A DNA stretch of 13,791 nucleotides from Nitrospinota bacterium (GTDB taxonomy: Bacteria > Nitrospinota > Nitrospinia > Nitrospinales > VA-1): assembly GCA_038108555.1 (NCBI GenBank), contig JAYNIA010000050.1:5216-19006 (forward strand). Reading direction: 5' to 3'. Under the pieces are notes generated by a model that ran no database searches, had not been told where the DNA came from, and saw only the letters and a program-made list of their open reading frames with translations. Both the position numbers and the translations under genes were made by a program. Of this stretch, positions 13,335-13,791 are shown in pieces. How positions within the stretch are numbered: position 1 is the first letter of the stretch; each line of letters begins with the position of its first letter.

Positions 13335-13652
13335 ATGAATTGGTTTTATTTGGTTTTGGCGGGTCTTTTTGAAATTGGTTTCACCACTTCCTTGAAACTT
13401 TCGGACAATTTTTCAAAAGTCTGGCCTTCTATCTCTTTTCTCGTATTAAGTATTTTGAGTTTTTATTTTTTAACGAAGGCCATTCAGACGATTCCTCTTG
13501 GAACCAGTTATGCGGTATGGACGGGTATCGGTGCGTTTGGAACTGCGGTGGTGGGTATCGTGTTTTTTATGGAGCCTGTAAACGCTTCACGCATATTTTT
13601 TCTTGTCATGCTGATTGCCTCCATCATTGGATTGAAACTGGTATCTAATTGA
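13335..13652 (+). CDS. sugE: Small multidrug resistance (SMR) family exporter, Gdx/SugE subtype
   Basis: 105 aa with 4 TM helices. W..L..AGLFE (membrane Glu13), LK.S..F, IPLGTSYAVWTGIGA.GT, EP...R and IGLKL motifs. AGGGG Shine-Dalgarno. Confidence 0.88.
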   Translation: MNWFYLVLAGLFEIGFTTSLKLSDNFSKVWPSISFLVLSILSFYFLTKAIQTIPLGTSYAVWTGIGAFGTAVVGIVFFMEPVNASRIFFLVMLIASIIGLKLVSN

Positions 13653-13791
13653 TTTGAGATAACTGGTTAATAGTTCCGTTTGCAAGTATTGTTGTAAAAA
13701 ATTACAAGATCTTGATGCTTGCCTCCTGGCCTGCCGCCAATAAACTGATCCAATGCCTATGTTAGGATTTGGGTCAAAAACCTGTTGATTA

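Noticed and set aside
13653..13791. 3' end of a minus-strand gene entering from the right edge
   Set aside because: Two frames are possible (INRFLTQILT* or a longer frame overlapping sugE) and neither has a recognisable motif. It cannot be called from this window.

Overview
Bacterial chromosomal window (roughly 40% GC by eye). The five-subunit-type 2-oxoacid:ferredoxin oxidoreductase delta subunit and the folC-lptD adjacency suggest a reverse-TCA nitrifier, most likely Nitrospinota (inference). In order along the window: the 3' end of a PilZ gene (+); a minus-strand cheY-cheR-cheX-cheX cluster with no cheA/cheB/cheW; a stand-alone ForD/PorD-like gene with its own promoter and terminator; a folC-lptD-pyrE operon (-); an S24-peptidase-like ORF and a non-canonical MBL-fold gene (+); a conserved hypothetical gene (-); a self-contained stator operon motA-(coiled coil)-motB-pilZ (-); and a Gdx/SugE-type SMR exporter (+). 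The most striking signal is in the stator operon. motA is cut by a single in-frame TAA where a sense codon, probably Gln, is expected (GLV*MLQ). The 292-aa coiled-coil ORF is in frame with motB and is also separated from it by a single TAA, which implies a ~530-aa MotB with a very long cytoplasmic coiled coil. No mobile elements, CRISPR arrays, rRNA or tRNA genes were seen.
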